Shown in pieces: positions 63,401 to 64,000 of a stretch of 64,000 nucleotides of DNA. Both the position numbers and the translations under genes were made by a program. The notes under the pieces are model-generated. The model worked only from the letters and a program-made list of their open reading frames with translations, was not told where the DNA came from and ran no database searches. Source of the stretch: Malacoraja senta (Eukaryota); assembly GCA_038087875.1 (NCBI GenBank), contig JAXLNO010003705.1, positions 1 through 64,000 on the forward strand, written 5' to 3'. How positions within the stretch are numbered: the first letter of the stretch is position 1; each line of letters opens with the position of its first letter.

Positions 63401-64000
63401 TAATGCTTCACCTCTGATGTTCAACTATTTTATCCATGTTTGGTCTTTGGGGCTTCTGTGAACAGGTTGTTGTTAAGTATGCTTGACAGCACTGTTAATT
63501 ATCCCTTCCATTACTTTCTTGATGATCGAAAGTATCCGAATCCTCAAAAGACAAAATCCCTTAATTTGGGACAGTGACACCCCAACCAAGGGAAACACTG
63601 CATTTATCACATCCACTTTAAAAAAAAAAGAGGTTATACTATTAGCCCACAAATAATCAACGAGAATAAGAACATATGTAGATAAAATCGCAGAAAGGTA
63701 TAAAAGCAATAAGGTTTCACCAGTGGGAATTTTCACTTTCGCAATATTGACTGGGATTGCTTTATTCCAAGGGAATTGGATAGGGTAGAATTCATAAAAT
63801 GCATGCCTATGTCCAAATAATACTATTTGAATTGAAGTGGAAACAGGTGACAAGCTTGGAAGGCAGGTTAGATAAGAGCTGTGGGGTGGTTTAAGCAACA
63901 TCTGCATCCTATTCTTTGAAGTAATTATCAAGGAAGCAAGGCTGCTGAGCTGAGGACACACACACTCATGTGGAACTATAGTCTAACCACTACAAAAACA

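Noticed and set aside
36360-64000. Upstream TCF12 exon 5, and exon 11 in 1-4440
   Set aside because: No matching peptide with splice sites found by eye; presumed outside the window, though the N gap cannot be excluded.

Overview
AT-rich, repeat-dense vertebrate DNA. The repeat content (V-SINE/HE1-like SINEs, CR1, L2, Rex1/Babar, Penelope-like elements, Tc1) points to a cartilaginous fish, probably a skate or ray; this is inference. The whole window lies inside one minus-strand gene, the E-protein bHLH transcription factor TCF12 (HEB). Five canonical internal exons with GT-AG boundaries and consistent phases are present: 36295-36359, 26551-26686, 22370-22422, 4937-5042 and 4441-4577 (about human exons 6-10). 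The alternative first coding exon of HEBAlt (MYCAYTVPGMGSNSLMYYYNRKT, 14165-14233) is also present. The introns hold three Tc1 copies or ends, Penelope-like fragments, and about a dozen short Penelope-derived elements carrying a minimal hammerhead-ribozyme core, several arranged as fold-back hairpins. They also hold an unclassified TIR DNA element with a 7-bp TSD, a GC-rich non-coding retroposon-like family, two local templated duplications and candidate regulatory motifs. There is a 148-N assembly gap at 51925-52072. Nearly all ORFs in the supplied track are repeat-derived or spurious. Exon and TSD coordinates were counted directly; the boundaries of decayed repeats are approximate.
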